Of a DNA stretch of 64,000 nt, positions 62,366 through 64,000 are shown in pieces. The DNA is from Octopus sinensis (lineage: Eukaryota). Both the position numbers and the translations under genes were made by a program. The stretch is from assembly GCF_006345805.1 (NCBI RefSeq), contig NC_043023.1, forward strand, positions 3,100,001 to 3,164,000, read 5' to 3'. The notes beneath the pieces were generated by a model. It was given only the letters and a program-made list of their open reading frames with translations. It was not told where the DNA came from and did not search any database. Position 1 is the stretch's first letter. Each line of letters opens with the position of its first letter.

Positions 62366-62551
62366 AGGGAGAGTTCATGAAAAAAACAGGAGACGAAGAC
62401 AGGTGGTGTATAAAACAAACAGATGTATTAGTATGACGCTCAGAAATAGGAAAAGTCTTTTACGTTTCAAGCCTACACTCTTCTACAGAAAGGGACACAG
62501 AAAAAACAAGGAGAGAGAAAAAATGTGTGTAGTGGCTAACGATCTATCATG
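62366..62551 (-). mobile_element. Fourth copy of the ~200-bp hammerhead element
   Basis: The minus strand reads cttt-CTGTAGA-a-gagt gtag gctt-GAAAC-GTA-aaag (62456-62493); flanked by (TA)n. Confidence 0.75.
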
Positions 62552-62864
62552 GTGATATATATATATATGTATATATATATAAATCCAAATAAGTAACAAG
62601 GATATCCAGAGGTAATACAGTACGATCGTTTCATGCGACTCCATTAAATTGAACAATGCAATCATTTCATTATATCAGTTTAAAATGTAGAGCAATCTTC
62701 AGCTGCACAAAGACATAGAATTTAATTAAATTAGAACAGTAGGACACATTAGTATAATTTTACCTAAAATCTCCAAGAGGTTAAGGAGATAGACAAAGAA
62801 CAGGTTTTACCAACAACATTGTAGTTGTAACTCTTTGTGATAGACTCCTTGTGTGTGTGTGTAT

Positions 62865-63095
62865 ATCATCATCATCGTTTAACATCTGTTTTCCATGCTA
62901 GCATGGGTTGGACGGTTCAACTGGGGTCTGGGAAGCCAGAAGGCTGCACCAGGCTCCAGTCTGATCTGAACAGTGTTTCTACAGCTGGATGCCCTTCCTA
63001 ACACCAACCACTCCATGAGTGTAGTGGGTGCTTTTTACGTGCCACCGGCACAGGTGCTAGGGGAGGCTGGCAATGGCCACGATCGGTTGGTGCTT
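62865..63095 (-). mobile_element. Family C element
   Basis: catcatcgtttaacatc..catgctagcatgggttggacgg..gctggatgcccttcctaac. Confidence 0.88.
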
Positions 63096-63285
63096 TCCTT
63101 TACTTATTTTTACTTATATATAATATATACATATATATATATATATAATATATATATATATATATAATTAGTGAATGGAAGAAATGGAGTTGAACGAATA
63201 TATTATATATATATATATATAATATATATTATATATATATATATATAATACATATATATATATACACATATATATATATCACCGG

Positions 63286-63588
63286 GATCACGTTGACCGA
63301 CCAGGCTATCAGATGTTGCTACACATCGCTGGTCACAATGCGCTTTGCATTGTTTTAGCCTTCAAATGACGCCACCCCACTGGCTAGGCGAGCAGGCCAA
63401 CAGAAGAAAGAGTGAGAGAAAGTTGGGGCGAAAGAGTACAGCAGGGATCTCCACCACCCCCTGCCGGAGCCTCGTGGAGCTTTAGGTGTTTTCACTCAAT
63501 AAATATGCACCACGCCTGGTCTGGGAATCAAAACTACGATCCTACAACCGTGAGTCCGCTGCCCCAACCACTGGGCCATTGCACCTCC
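63286..63588 (-). mobile_element. SINE family D, full length
   Basis: Reverse complement of ggaggtgcaatggcccagtggtt..gagctccacgaggctccggcagg..tgtgaccagcgatgtgtagcaacatctgatagcctggtcggtcaacgtgatc. Confidence 0.88.
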
Positions 63589-63976
63589 ATTTATATATAT
63601 ATGAGATAGACTCCTTCTATGTGTGTGTTTATATATCATCATCATCATCGTTTAACGTCCGTTTTCCATGCTAGCATGGGTTGGATGGTTCGACCAGGGT
63701 CTGGGAAGCCAGAAGGCTTTATTATCTTATATTAAACTTTTAATACTTTTTGATAGTTATATATATTTAAATTTTTAAAAAAAGTTTTAAAATTTATTAA
63801 TTTAAATTTTAAAAATAATTTTAGAAAATATGAAAATTTATAAATATAAATTAATAATTTTAAATTTAAATAATTTAAATTTTAAATTTTATATTTTTTT
63901 ATATATTTTGTATATTATATTAATTATTTTTATTTTTATGTTTTGGTTTATGTTTTTCACTATTTGATTTGCCTAA

Positions 63977-64000
63977 TCTCTCTCTATATAAACGGCAGTT
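63977..64000 (+). mobile_element. Probable Helitron 5' end, cut by the window edge
   Basis: gcctaA|TCtctctctatataaa resembles the start at 3928 and interrupts gcctaa|tagtgg of the AT-rich element (compare 41239). Confidence 0.6.

Noticed and set aside
1-64000. Most ORFs of 60-547 aa in the supplied track (poly-I/Y/L/H/M/V/T)
   Set aside because: They are translations of stop-free microsatellites, for example 56426-58069, 5430-6176, 22186-22992 and 59749-60462.

Overview
AT-rich animal (eukaryotic) genomic DNA made almost entirely of microsatellites and nested mobile-element fragments. No bacterial genes, operons, rRNA, true tRNA genes or CRISPR arrays are present. The SINE families look like those I recall from Octopus genomes, so the host is probably a cephalopod (inference; no search run). 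Nearly all long ORFs in the supplied track are translations of (TA)n, (CA)n, (AAT)n or (GAT)n repeats. Recognisable protein-coding remnants are all from transposons: an R4/Dong restriction-like endonuclease, a Penelope-like RT/GIY-YIG ORF, several RTE fragments, a C2H2-finger 3' end and a mariner C-terminus. Family names A-F are my own labels. A, B and D are tRNA-headed SINEs. C is an RTE 3' UTR carrying a ~61-bp VNTR. E is a ~557-bp (TAA)n-tailed non-coding element. F is a short (CAA)n-tailed repeat. Highlights: (1) eight minimal type-I hammerhead-ribozyme-like motifs from about five small families, mostly sitting in (TA)n and some arranged as foldbacks; (2) SINE B expanded into tandem arrays with three different unit lengths; (3) a Helitron with its empty site preserved in the window; (4) an RTE carrying four nested insertions; (5) local inverted, apparently templated duplications. 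No host gene could be established. Candidate small exons are reported only as low-confidence hypotheses. Many boundaries are read by eye and are approximate to about 10-20 bp.
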